Counted from the stretch's first letter, positions 10,151 to 23,323 are shown. The stretch is 42,370 nt of DNA from Octopus sinensis (GCF_006345805.1 NW_021835151.1:1-42370); one strand, 5' to 3'. Numbers and translations: made by a program. The notes: generated from the sequence alone by a model not told the origin.

Positions 10151-12663
10151 GAAGCAAAAATCTAGTTTGGAACTCTTACTAGATTTACTTTTCCTATTTT
10201 CAGTTATCTTATAGCTTTGATAATATATGTGAAAAAGGATTGTGCTTACGTAGGGTCTTCCGCTAAGAATCAGTTACTGTTTACACCGGTATTTTCTGTG
10301 GTCAGACAATGGTCAGGTCCCAAAGTTACCCGTTTTAACAAGTCCTAACTTGTTTTAAAATAGTATATCATAAAATACTAAAGTTGGGAAGTTCTTTCTC
10401 GACTCATTCTATCGTATTATTTTAAGATTCTGTTGTTCTTTTAAATTCTGCAGCATTACTATGTAAACCATTTCACTACGCTGTTCCTGTATAGAGCTAA
10501 CAAATCATTAAAAATCCATACCCTGAAAGATCGTAGCTTGTACAACAAAAAAATGAAACCTCTTTTCTCCATAATTGCTACCATTAGCGAACATATTGTC
10601 CGCCATCTTTCGTCTTTTCCTGATGTTTCTTAAACCCTTTGAGATTTTACTTTACTATTTTTACTGGATATTTATCCATGTGTCAGTATATTTTCTAGTG
10701 ATAGGTTGTCAGGATATCTAGTTACACCAATCTACTTAATTTGCCACCCCTGTTAGCAGTTTACAGAAGAATTTCATGGCTCAGTCTCGGCAACAATTTA
10801 CTTTCTAGTACAGTTCAGTGTATAGAAAAGAAATTCTCTTTATTTAGGTTGTATTGTTATATATTAGTCAGACTGCCTTTTACAGAACTATTGAAGTTAC
10901 TTTGAAATGAATTTCTGCTCCATGTCAAGTCTTCTTCATCTCTCGGGATAAAAATGTTACTTCGTACCTGCATTAGCTTTAGAATTTGGTGATCGAAATG
11001 CTGTGAATAATTTTCTGGTGTTTCAGCGCCGGCTCCCAAACCCCATAAATTCTAGTTATTCGCAAATTTCAAATTGGTTATTAATTTTACGTTGAATAAT
11101 GGTCTAAATATACGGTTGTATATTTATTCTTAACTCTTTTTACTTTTCTTCATTTTAAAATATTTTCGTGAAAGTTTCGTTGCCTCTATCTGATTCTAGT
11201 CTATATAGCTTTAATTAATTTAACTCTTCACATATTCAATCCTATAAGAATTTTAATATCACTTTTAAGTTCAAGCACTGCCCCAACTAGACATTCGGCT
11301 GGGCATTGACCTTGTAAGTCGTTTTAACTGTAACATATAACACATGGCACTATGCATCAGGATCCCATCTGGGTACACGGTGTTTCTGATCAACTTCGTG
11401 AGCACGATCTACATGTAGCAGGCCACAAAAGAAACAACAAACAACCTGTCCATGTTCATTGCGAACATAGTGTATCTTTTATTCATTAGTATTCAACCAT
11501 CATCTTACGGGGTGAATAGTAGCCCTAATTGCTTTCTTATTTCGCCCCCCAATCTTAATACGTGGATACTTGCATAAGACCTGTCACTGGCGAAAGAACA
11601 TACATCTTGCAAGATATACCTCACAGTCCTACCCGAATTCTATTTCCAGGTCATATTGAATTATTAATCCAAGTTGCCAACTGATTCAATGTTATATAAC
11701 TTAGACAGACCTGTTTAGTAAAATGGCTGGTAGGCGTAAAATGTGACATGCCAGATAAAGCTGATTCAGTATCACAATATTTTGCAGTGGTTGCGAATCG
11801 TTTCGCAAAAGGATTTCCTGATTTGTGATACTCCTTCGCTAAGTGATTTAGTATATCTTCCGTAGATATTGTCAATAAACTGTCTCTACTTTATTGGCTT
11901 GATTTTCATATTTCACCGTTAACGGAACTATCGCTATATATGGCCAAACGTTCATGTCAGTACTGATATTTCCAGTTGCCCACATTTGGCGCATGCACTG
12001 GAACATATACTCTGCTCTGCCATTTCTACTGTTTACATAAACCGCGCATTCTTTCATCTCTAATAATACACTTAGGTAGGCGCAATTGTCCGTAGCTTTC
12101 ACAATCTGCTAATCAATGAATATTTAAACAAGACTGACAGATAAAGAAGGATATCATAAAATACCCCGGTCCATGAACTGTGAGTGCACAGAGATTCTTT
12201 GGCTGGAGAAAGCTTGCTGCTTTACACTTCTTGCAAGGTAGGAGCAGCTATATGTGAGTTTATCTGATACCTAATTACTATATCCTATAAATAGCTATAT
12301 ATACTATCGAGACCATGGACAGAAAATGACTATTCTGATTCCGATGATATAACAAGTCTAAAATCCTTTCAGACCTATTCTAATTTTTTCCTACTTAAAT
12401 AATAAAACCATGTCGTGTAACTGTATTATTTTTCTCACGTTAAAAATGAAGTTGCGTATTAGTTAAAAAATTCGTATTTTACGTTTCAAATTATTCCTCT
12501 AAATAACATTAACTTACAAATAAATGAAGTAGTCAAGATTATAACTGCATTCATTGCTTTAGAATTTAAACAGACTATTTAAATCACCTTTTATCAATTC
12601 ATATATATATATGTATATATCTGTATATATGTATATATATGTATATATATATACATACATACT

Positions 12664-12713
<50 letters not shown>

Positions 12714-12715
<2 letters not shown>

Positions 12716-14590
12716 CACGGTGACCCCACACAACGAAAGACTCTTTGCCCTCAAACACGCCCTAGACCTTCCACCCAACCCCCACTCTGACACGTCCACA
12801 CTTTTTCTGGCCGAACTTGTTCTCACCTCCTCATTCGCGGGTAAGGTTTACCTTCATTCTCGGGAGTTGCTATGGGAACGAGAATAGGCCCAAACTATGC
12901 GAACCTGTTCGCTGGCTACGTTGAATCCCAAATATTTCCCAGATTCGCACCCCCGAATTATACAACCAGACACCTTCCACTCTTTTGTCCAATCCTTCCA
13001 CCCTGTACTCGAATTCAACATACACAACTCCGCTCTCACTACCTCCAACCACAAACATACAGACTCACACAAGTACCTTAAATTCTCCTCCTCCCACCAT
13101 ACCCACACCAAGCTCTTAATCCCCTACTCCTAATTCTTCCGTCTGCGCAGGCCCTGCAGTGACAACCATGACTTTGAGACTCAGTGTGAACTCATGGCTC
13201 GCCACTTCATCCTTCGAGGATATCCCCTCACGCTATTCACACAGACCTTGCCAGAGCACGTTCCTTGGACCGTGCCTCTACTCTATCTCCTCGCACCCGC
13301 CCCACCGTTACCTGTCTCCCGTTTCCCTCACCTACCCCCATCCACGCTGCCCCTCCAATTCACTATTCTCTGAGCCTTCCGGCGACTCCAGTCCGACCCT
13401 TCCACTTCGCACATCTTCCCAACTTACCCCATCAATCCTTCAAACGATCCCACAACCTATGTTATCCCCTGGTCCACAGTTTCTTCTCTAACCCAACCTC
13501 CCAGCCTGGCTCGTTCTTCTGCTCCCGCATACGCTGTCGCGCTTACCCCTACCTCTGCAACACCATCAATTTCACAGGCACCCATCATCATCTCTACGAT
13601 ATCCTTTACCTGCACTTCTAGCAACGTCATTTACTGCATTTTCTGCCCTTCACTGTACGTTGGTCAAACAGGGTGCTGCTTGGCTGACCGGTTTGCGGAG
13701 CACCTCCAAGACATTAGATTCGACAATGACACCCCGCGCTCGTGCCATTTCCGCTCTACCGGTCATTCATAACATCACCTGTCTGTATTCGGGTTGTCTA
13801 TGCACAGGGGCCATCCAGACTCCTGCCTTCGCCGTGAACAGGATTTAATCTTCTCTCTTCGCTCCTTTGTTCCACATAGGCTCAACTCCTCTCCCTCCTT
13901 CATCTTACTCTCCTCCTTTCCTCTCTTGCCCTAACACTTACTTCACCCCTATCCACCTTCTTCCTTCATTGATACCCCCTACATCCACAGCGCACCCCAC
14001 ACTTCCCACTCCCACATCCTAATCCTACATCCACACCTCAAGATCCCCCACATCCAACACATCTTCACCCCAAACCCACATCCCGCCTTCACATCCCCAC
14101 ATCGCCACACCACCACCACACCACCATACCACCACACCATATTACACCACCCCACATTACTCAGCACACACACTAGTACTGACTACTTCCCCACACCATC
14201 ATCCACACGCACACACATTACAGACTCACACACGCACACACTCACATCCACACGTCAAAGTCACTAGCCCCTATCTACACGCACACACACCCTCACATAC
14301 ACACATGCACGCGCACCTTCGTTTTGGGATCATAAGTACTTTATTATCTCCCCTTTTCCTAGCTCTCCTGTTCAACTAACTTTTTCCAACTAGTCGCCAT
14401 GCTTGATCGCTAAATCCACAAGTTCTTCGTTATTCTCACTCTGTTTATTTCCTTTTATTCCTTTCTGTTGAAGAGCACAAGCTCGAAACGTTTAAGACTT
14501 TCTCACTTTCCCAAGCGTTAAACTAATACACCTGCTTCTCGTTCATATACCTGTCTTCGTCCTTTGTTTTTCTGTAAATTTCAATTGTAC
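12714..14590 (+). mobile_element. Penelope-like element (Neptune-like), 5'-truncated and decayed: RT C-half, C-rich linker, GIY-YIG, 3' pLTR
   Basis: YTVTPH, LAELVLT, AMGTRIGPNYANLF, HKHTDSHKYL-x2-SSSH, IPYS, CSRIRCRAYP, SNVIYCI-x-C and YVGQTG-x2-LADRFAEH. The catalytic YxDD is not recognisable. Clade assignment is inference. Confidence 0.88.
14461..14496 (+). ncRNA. Minimal type-I hammerhead-like motif in the PLE pLTR
   Basis: CTTT-CTGTTGA-A-GAGC-ACAA-GCTC-GAAAC-GTT-TAAG. Confidence 0.5.
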
Positions 14591-14929
14591 ACATATATAC
14601 ACAGACACGACAGAAGTAAGTCGATACCCTTATAATGGTTAAAATTTATTTTAATCTGAAATTTTGCATTCAAATTATTTATTAATTATTATACCGTGAA
14701 TATCTAATATTTCCTAGATATAGCTCCAAAGGCTTCAATGTAAGGATCCTATTAGGCATGCTACTGATCAGATGACGAATATTCTCTCGAGGAATTTCTT
14801 GCAAAGTTTCATGCAGGAATCTCAAATGTTCTAACTTTGAGGATCTTTACTTGCTTTTTTTTACGAAGTATCCTGTCCATTGTACCTCAGAGGTGTTTAA
14901 GAGCGTTCATATATAGTACTCAATTATAT

Positions 14930-15600
14930 GTGTTTTGGTGAAATGTCTTACAACTGTAATATTTTCAATTAAAATTTCAATTCTCTTCCAGCCAATCTTG
15001 GTTCTTTTCAGTCATGTGACAAGGAGCCTTCTTTAATTATTTCACCATTGCAGAAGATTGGAAGGAGTCTTTTCTTTAATATAGACACCTATTTATCTTA
15101 GTTTATGTTTCTATCACATTCCACCAGCACTAGCTCTGACTGACTATTGCGCCAAATTGCCGTCCAGACAATCACAGAACAGCTGCAGTGTTCCATTATT
15201 GGCTGCAATGTTTTCACATCAAATTCTTGATCCCAGAGTCTTCAGACTCACACTTCTACCACTGTCCGGAAATACAGCAAATCTGAACAGTGTCCCAAAA
15301 TGCTTGTGGTTTCTCACTGGCCCAATCTTTTCTCCGCTTGATATTGGCTGGTCGAAGATGTTGCTTCCTTCTTGCAGCACCGCTACAGTGACCAAGTTTT
15401 TGGAGATACCTGACAGCTGTTCTAGGACCGACATCACATTGTTCGGCTATGTCATAGGCCTTGTAATGAGGATTATCCTCCACCCATCTCTTAACAAAGT
15501 GATGAGTCCTGTCAGAAGGCCCTGGACAACCTGGGCAGGATGAAGTGAACACCTCCTGTTTGGTGAATTGCACCATCACTCTATTAACTGTAGAAGGCGG
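14930..15600 (-). mobile_element. Tc1/mariner-family transposase remnant
   Basis: PRTAVRYLQKLG, ARRK-x-HLRPANIKRRKDWA, FWDTV and SVIVWTAI, across frameshifts; TIRs not identified. Confidence 0.8.
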
Positions 15601-15902
15601 GATCTATTAACTGTAGAAATTCAGACTGTTCCAAGGTTCCTCTTGTAAGTGGCATCATTAAACAGTCATATATAGAAACTGAAAAATAAAAATATCAATT
15701 AATAAAAAATGTAAACTTTTTCAAGTTAAACATTAAACAATGTTTTATGAAGCATCTATTTACTTCTGTCATGTCTCTGTGTATATATACACATGTATAT
15801 ACATACATACAAATTGTAATAAATAAAATATATGCACACATACATATATGTACGTACCTACATCTACATGTATATATACATGCATATATAAATATATATA
15901 TG

Positions 15903-16150
15903 TGAGTACAGGACACCACAATTAGACGTAGAACTAAACGAAAAACGAAAACGAAAAAGTAAAAACAAGCAGGGAACGGACCATTTTTTAAACAACGAAA
16001 AAACAGGGTACAAGACAAACTACACAGGAAAAATCTCCTTCATCAGCTGTCCCTAGTTCAACTCCAGCGTGTTTCGAAGGTAGGACAGGACACGTCTCGT
16101 TGAACTAGTCCTTCCTGCGAAGGAATTAAATAAAAATCCTTCGCAGAGGG
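15903..16150 (-). mobile_element. Dispersed repeat fragment related to 2305-2470, containing a perfect 10-bp hairpin
   Basis: Local similarity to the 2305 block; TA/CA flank. Family not established. Confidence 0.4.
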
Positions 16151-16622
16151 GCAAAAACAAGGAAAAAAATTTTTTGACAAAAATAGGACGACGTAAAAAC
16201 AATAAAATTAAAACAAATACGAAATAAAAATACAATTACAAAAAAATACAGTACAAGAAGGAATAAAAAACAGGACAAGAAAAAAGCAATAAGGGTCTAT
16301 AGGCCTACACGAGGGAAAATTTTCACGAGCGTAGAAGAAACATGTTTACTTGAAGCAGGCCGCCAACGAAAGGAAGTTTATCGACCCGGAAGTGAGAGAG
16401 ATGAGGAGGAGTGAGAGAGAGATAGAGGGGAAGGAAGTCAAAGAGGGTGAAAGAAAAGAAAAGAAAGAGTAATAGAGTATCGCGTCATAATTATACATAC
16501 ATACATAATATATACCTAATAAATACAACATCTATATATATATATATGTATGTATATCTATATCAATATCTATCTATCTATTACATATACATACGTGTAT
16601 ATATATATATATATATATATAT

Positions 16623-16665
<43 letters not shown>

Positions 16666-16912
16666 GTATGTATGTATGTATATATACGCATATATATATA
16701 TACATGTGTATATATGGAGAGATATTAATTATTTATGGGAAACGTTTTGAATATTTTTTTGAATAAAAGGCCTATTTTATTATGCCGGCCACCGTCTAAT
16801 GATGTGACTAGTGAGCCAGTTTTTCGAGGTTTCAATAAATTGTACCAAGAGCAAGGTTGACGTTCATACTGATAAAATGGGATAAGCATCCCTCTGTTGC
16901 ACATCAACTATA

Positions 16913-17044
16913 CTATATCACCTGAAGAAATGAATCAATGATCGTAATCAACCGGATACCCACGGATAATATGGACTACACTGTATTCATCACAGGAATA
17001 CGGATTATGAGCTTAAGAGTCATGTGATTTGAAGAAACGCGCTT
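16913..17044 (+). repeat. Donor copy of a 132-bp inverted duplication
   Basis: Reverse complement matches 19656-19787 at 130/132 positions. Confidence 0.97.
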
Positions 17045-17589
17045 ATCGATGCAGTAAATGTTTATAAATTCTATCCAAGGATTATTGTTATTATTACCAT
17101 ACATACATGATGGCTGCCCCCTCGTTATCGAGTATGGCCATTGCACGAAGCTTAACTGTTACTGGTGCTGTGATCGAATGTGGCTTTTATTTGCTTTTTA
17201 AGGATACAGCCAGCCATTCAGTTGAGACTCACAGCACCATCAACAATCATGAGCAATGTTGTTATCGTGCAATGCCTGTGCAAGAAGAGTTTTTTTAAAG
17301 TGAGGAAAGGCTGTGCACTGAGTCAATCCCACTCACTAAGCAACAGCAGTCATAGTCCGAAAAGAAGAACAAGTCAACATCATCGGTAACCACTGAGCCG
17401 CAGTTTTATGTCGGAGTTATCTCAGTTACCTGAGTTACCCTCTCCTAGAAGGATGCCCTAACAAAGGCTAGAAGTCCTTCACTTCCAATGGTTTAACCGC
17501 GCGATCGGGTATTCAGTCCGATTATTTCTATGTCTCCGTGCATGATACAGCCTTAAGCCTTAAGAAAAAAAAAAACAACACATTTATTG

Positions 17590-17782
17590 GATGGCCGTTG
17601 ACTCTCAAGAGTTTCTCCACTCTTTGACGGGTTTTGTTTTTCATCCCACAGGGTGTCCAATAAACACCCTCCTCACCAAGCAAGCTTGGTGGGTTGCCGG
17701 TTTAGTCGCCGACGACCCGACCATGCAACAGGTTGTACTGGTTTGCACGTTACCAGTAGCACGCGAAAGTGACCTGACATAA
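17590..17782 (-). mobile_element. GC-rich repeat fragment, tentatively an RTE-like LINE untranslated region
   Basis: Recalled resemblance only; no coding motif recovered. Confidence 0.3.
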
Positions 17783-17870
17783 GTATGGTTAAGTATATAT
17801 ATATATATATATAATATATATATATACAGTAGCACTCGAAAGTGACCTGACATAAACATACATACATACA

Positions 17871-17945
<75 letters not shown>

Positions 17946-19633
17946 ATATATATATGATATATATATATAATATATATACTATATACAAACATGCATACAC
18001 ACACACACATGTATACATATATATGTATACACACAAAAGTGAGAAACATGTATATACGTATGTAAATATCTATCTATATATATGTGTGTGTATGTATAAA
18101 TCTATGCATGTGTATTATACATTTATATATTCTGGATATACTTACATGTATACATACGCACGCACGCGCACACACAAACACACACACACACACACACATA
18201 TGTTTAATAATATTGACTGAAAATAAGTGTATGTAGAAAATAAAGTTTATTTCTACAAAGAAAATGTTGACATTACACGATGTCGATTTTATATAAGTGC
18301 GCATACACATACGCATGCGCGCATATGCATATGCATACACATAAACGTGCAGATACACACAAATACACAAGCACATCAACACGCATATCGTGTATACATA
18401 CACAGACATACATACACACACATTTACAGACATAGATATATGTATGTCATACGGTTGTGTGTGTATGCACGTACGTGTTTATGTGTATTTACAAATGTGT
18501 GTGAGTATGAATGTTTTTACGTATGTATGTATTTGTGTTTATATGAATGCGATGGTGTTGATGTAGTTGTATCTGTATGTGTGCTTAAGAATGTGCGTTT
18601 GTGTGGTAGTGTGTATATGTGTGTGTAGTGGGATTGATTTCTTGCAACTCAGAACAGAGAGGATACTGATAAGATGATTAAAGTATGAGAATATTAGGGG
18701 TGATGTCTTCAAGACAGAAACAGCATCAAATATAGACCGCCTAAGAACACGAATATATTCCTTTCAGAGAACGAAAGAAATTATCCAATGTACAAACAAG
18801 GAAGCAAGCAAGCAACCAACCTAACAAACAAAGAAAATGAAAGAACGAACGAATGAAACAAAGAATTGAAACTGAAGAAGTAGCTTTAGAATATATAAAG
18901 GTATATAAAATATCAAAATACTGATTTACTTATTTTTCTCGGTTAGTGACACCGGCAATCCTCTAATTTATAATCACTGATAAATGCGAAGTTAATGACA
19001 AATAAAGACTATTACACAATAGCTATTAAAATAAGAAACTAAGGCGTTGTAAAAAGTAGAGCCAATACGCTAAGAGGTTATCGATCAAAGGTATTCTAAC
19101 CATAACCATTCTTCCTTTTTCTAGGGCTATGAGGAGCTATATTAACTAAAGTATTCTGTAAATATGTAATACGGTATAGTGTTATTTGAGGGATAGTCCA
19201 TTTCAACTATTCTCTCTAGCAGGTCGAGCGAAATTTATTTGTTCACATTTCGAAAATTTGTCCATAACAGCAGTCATGTGTAGATCTCCTGTATTGTTCG
19301 TATCATTTTATGCCTTACTTAATATAATAAGAGAAAGTTAGAAGATAAAATAAAATCAGAATATTGTAGAAGCTGAGATTCATCGTTTCTAATGAATCAC
19401 ATGAATCAGTTAATTCAGTTATCCACATCTTTTAATCTAATACAAACCCCAATGCCTGGCTGAATTAATCCAATATTTTGGGAGATATTTTGTTGACCCT
19501 TCCCCATAGACGATGGTAAAAACAATGATCCACGATCCAAGGAGATGCTTTCTGTAGTGTCATTATGACTATTAAAAATAATAACCAAATCTCCCTTAAA
19601 TGGAATCTACATCATCTTGAGGAAGGAGTGACA

Positions 19634-19811
19634 CATTGAACAACATAATCTTGAAAAGCGCGTTTCTTCAAATCACATGACTCTTAATTTCATAATCCGT
19701 ATTCCTGTGATGAATACAGTGTAGTCCATATTATCCGTGGGTATCCGGTTGATTACGATCATTGATTCATTTCTTCAGGTGATATAGCATTGAACAACAT
19801 AATCTTGAAAA
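19634..19811 (-). repeat. Inserted 132-bp copy (19656-19787) between 24-bp direct repeats
   Basis: cattgaacaacataatcttgaaaa at 19634-19657 and 19788-19811. Confidence 0.97.
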
Positions 19812-20382
19812 TATACAGAGTGGTTACAGCTGGAATACATTGATCAGAGACTACTCATTGAAGGCTTATTTTGGGTTAATCACCATCAACAAGACGAGCA
19901 ATACCTTAGACATAGACTCATACTTAACCACATATGTAGGGGAAAGGGAACAATTCGTTTAAATTGAACCAATACGTTACTGGTGTTTTTCTACATATTT
20001 TCCTAGTTCCCAATGTATGCTTCACTTTACTCATTTTGCAGTCTCTACACTTCGAGCAATACATTTTAGTTTTTCGTATAAAAATTAGCTTGAATGTTTA
20101 AATAAACAAAATAATTATTAAAGGATGCTTAAAATGTTATATTACCATGTTGTTATTTATTGCTTGTTATTTATTTATCTTATTTATTCTAGAGAGAAAT
20201 ATCTGTTAGATATACATTCTATATAGTTCTTTCTACAAGAGGCGATTTAAATAAGTACCAAATGATATTTATCAATATATTACTTAAAGCTTTTAAACTC
20301 TAAATTCAAAGTTTTTATCTTTTTATAACTTTTAGGTGAAAACTTTGTATAACTGAACGGCAATACTTTAGAGGACAACCAA

Positions 20383-20580
20383 GGCGGTGAGCTGGCAGAA
20401 CCGTTACCGCATTGGGCCAAAATTTTTACATTGTGAGTTCAAATTCCGCCGAGGTCAACTTTGCCTTTCATCCTTTCGAAGTCTATGAAATAAGTACCAG
20501 TTGAGCACCGGCGTCAATGTAATCCATTATCCATTTCTCCGAAAATACTGGCGTTGTGCCAAAATTTGAAACCAGTATTT
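20383..20580 (+). mobile_element. tRNA-derived SINE (family B)
   Basis: Box A-like TGGCAGAACCG, box B-like GAGTTCAAATTCC (20435-20447), then tttgcctttcatcctttcg ... taagtaccag central domain. Confidence 0.8.
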
Positions 20581-21704
20581 TAGAGAACAAAGCCAAAGAT
20601 CAAGGATGTGTATCCTGTCACTTATTAAGAAATTAACACCAGGACAACCAGCAAATTGATAGATGCAGTGTCAAGAGGAAAAAAATATATTTAATGCAAT
20701 AGAAAATTAAATTAAAAAATCTAGATAATTTTGTTTAGGAAATGTTCTTTAACATATTTTATAGAATGTATAAGAACGAAGGCAAGGCAAAATTTTAATT
20801 TCCCAATTTTCCCGCTTAAATTCCATTGTCATTTTACCTTCATAGTACAACGTCACTTGTCTTCAGATTTCATAACTAATAAGTAAAATTCATTCTCCAT
20901 AAACGTCCTTGATTTGGAAAATATAGCTGCTGCAATGACATACTTGGATAGTATTCTATTCACAGTTATTTTGCGCACCAGCGACTGTAAAACATAAGCA
21001 ACGGTTTTTTTTTACTTTCTTTGTTTTCCTTTTCTTTAATAAAAATTTCCTGAGCCATACTCAACTAATGTTAGTTTATGTTGGACTTCATACGTCTGCA
21101 GTTCAGTCTTTGTTAATAGAAGTGAATTATTTGCCAGTGTGGCTAAAAAACATTCGAATTAAATTGCTTAAGGTTTCATATCTAATTAAAAAAAATATAT
21201 ATATTACGTTATATTAACTGTACATTATAACTTCCAGATGTCTTTAGATTATCTCATTCAACCTTTAAACTGTACACTTTCAGAATTGTTTGTGTCCTTT
21301 TTATATTTTACTTTCTTGTCTTCATTCACCTATATCGGCTGCATATCTTGTCAGATTTTGTTGTTTGCTCATTATATTTTGCTGATTGTTTTTGTTGATT
21401 TTCTGCCACTTTTATACATATATTTATATTTTTTACATTTTGTATTTTTTCTATCGTTAGCTCTTTTCTACCAAGTAAAAACAACTAAGCATAGGTTTGC
21501 TTAATCCTAGAACATGGCATTCTACAGAACATTATCCAATTAAGATGCTATCTGGGAAACCTCTCTTTCCCCTATTTATTATAAAGAAAATGCCTAAAAG
21601 CTACCCTCGTTTTCTTACGGATGTCTCTCGTGCTTGGCAGGCAGTTAAATAGAGATTAAAAGAAAATAGCAGTAACAATACATAAAAAAGGAATAAAAAG
21701 ACTG

Positions 21705-21750
<46 letters not shown>

Positions 21751-21930
21751 AACGACTACTATTACTACTACGACGGTTAAGATGTTTGCTGTGAGAAATG
21801 ACCACGAAGAATGTGATGGTGAATATAATGATGGTGAATATAATGATGGTGAATACAATGATGATGGCAAAAACTAATAGGCTGCTGCTGCTACTACTAC
21901 GGGTGCTGCTCCTTCTGCTGCTGCTGATAA
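21705..21930. repeat. (GAT)n, three 15-bp units (tgatggtgaatataa) and mixed CTG/CTA trinucleotide repeats
   Basis: Directly visible. Confidence 0.9.
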
Positions 21931-22147
21931 TCCTGAGAATAACGAGGATTAAGTTGAAAATGATAATGGTAGTAACGGTTAGGATGTTGGTGTTTAGTTC
22001 CATATATACTCAGAACAATCAGGCACATACATCAAAGATATTCCAGCTATGGCCAACTAGTCTGTTTAGGGGAATTCAAGAGTACATTAGCTAATGTGAT
22101 CTTTCCTTATTTAAGATAGTAAGTTTTGATTTGACTGTTTCTTCTAG

Positions 22148-22189
22148 AAGATCTGGCGACGACGTAGAAGCTGGCTATGTTGGTGGCAG
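22148..22189 (+). other. Candidate 42-nt cassette micro-exon
   Basis: Pyrimidine-rich acceptor (gactgtttcttctag), GC-rich body, CAG|GTAATG donor; open frame RSGDDVEAGYVGG. No partner exons established. Confidence 0.3.
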
Positions 22190-23243
22190 GTAATGTTTCT
22201 GCTGTTGACAACGATATTTTAAATGGCTAGCATATAGATGAAAATAGTAAAATTGAGTAGTAAAAGGCTATAAAAATATAATTAACTGAAGCTATTTAGG
22301 CGTCAAATATTTATAGGTAATAAAAATGGAGTTTTACAAGGAAACAGGAAAAAAGTTTAAATAGACAAAATATATTACGACTCTTAGGATAATAATATTT
22401 AAAGCTGAAAACAATAACTGAATTTAGAAAATAGGTAATTCAAACTACATTCTGAAACAAAATGATGTAGCATATCTGCAAACACTATTTGTCTCACAAA
22501 AATTTAAACATTGGATTTTGTTTTTATTCTGCCCAAATGTCATGTTAGATATTACAGGCGACAGATATGCAATCTGATATTCATGTTTCTTCCAATTGAA
22601 TTAGTGATGTATGAAGTTTAAGTGATTTCACTTTTTAACCCGAGTTTAGTTCTTTTTTTTACTAGATATTCAATTACTCAGCAACAGGAGGATTTTTACT
22701 TTGTTTAAAAGAAGGGAATGAGAAAAATTTCATTCGTTCCTAACGTGCATTAGTGATATATAAATTGGTATTATAAGCAACACACTGTAAATGGAGATAC
22801 ATACCATTCAAAAAACAACAATCTAATTTAGGACGCTTTGTTTTTTTATATTGAGAACAGAAAATAGGAAAATAACATACATCAATTAATACAGTCCAAA
22901 ATAGGAAAAAATAATAAAAAAATAAGCAGTCACGCTCCTCCCAAAACAGAGAAGAACAAAAAAGTAACTGAATCTGTGAATAAAATAAATGAATTTATTA
23001 AGATACACTGGCCAATCCAAATAAGACAAATAGCTACATGCTCACTCTCCATATAGTAAGTAAATGTATGTTATCGTGAGAATGGAAATACTGCAAGCTA
23101 TTCCGGAAAAAAGAAATAATAAAATATATTGCCAAATTTATCCCAACACCCAGTGTATATATATTTTGGAGCGGTGGTGAGGGACATATATAGATGCAAA
23201 GACACACACATACACATACAAGTACACAACATGTATATATATT

Positions 23244-23292
<49 letters not shown>

Positions 23293-23323
23293 ATGCATAC
23301 AAACACACACACACACACACATA

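Noticed and set aside
16031-16080. CTGATGAAGG and CCTTCGAAAC words on the minus strand (related CTAATGAAGG near 2333)
   Set aside because: I could not build convincing stems I and III, so it is not called a hammerhead.
19707-19790. Box C-like GTGATGA suggesting a C/D snoRNA in the duplicated segment
   Set aside because: No CTGA D box at a suitable distance and no terminal stem.
19634-19811. Direct repeats around a spacer, resembling CRISPR
   Set aside because: Only two repeats, a 130-bp spacer, eukaryotic context and no cas genes.
21601-22094. Poly-His, poly-Ile and poly-Met ORFs
   Set aside because: Trinucleotide repeats read in several frames; no splice or domain support.
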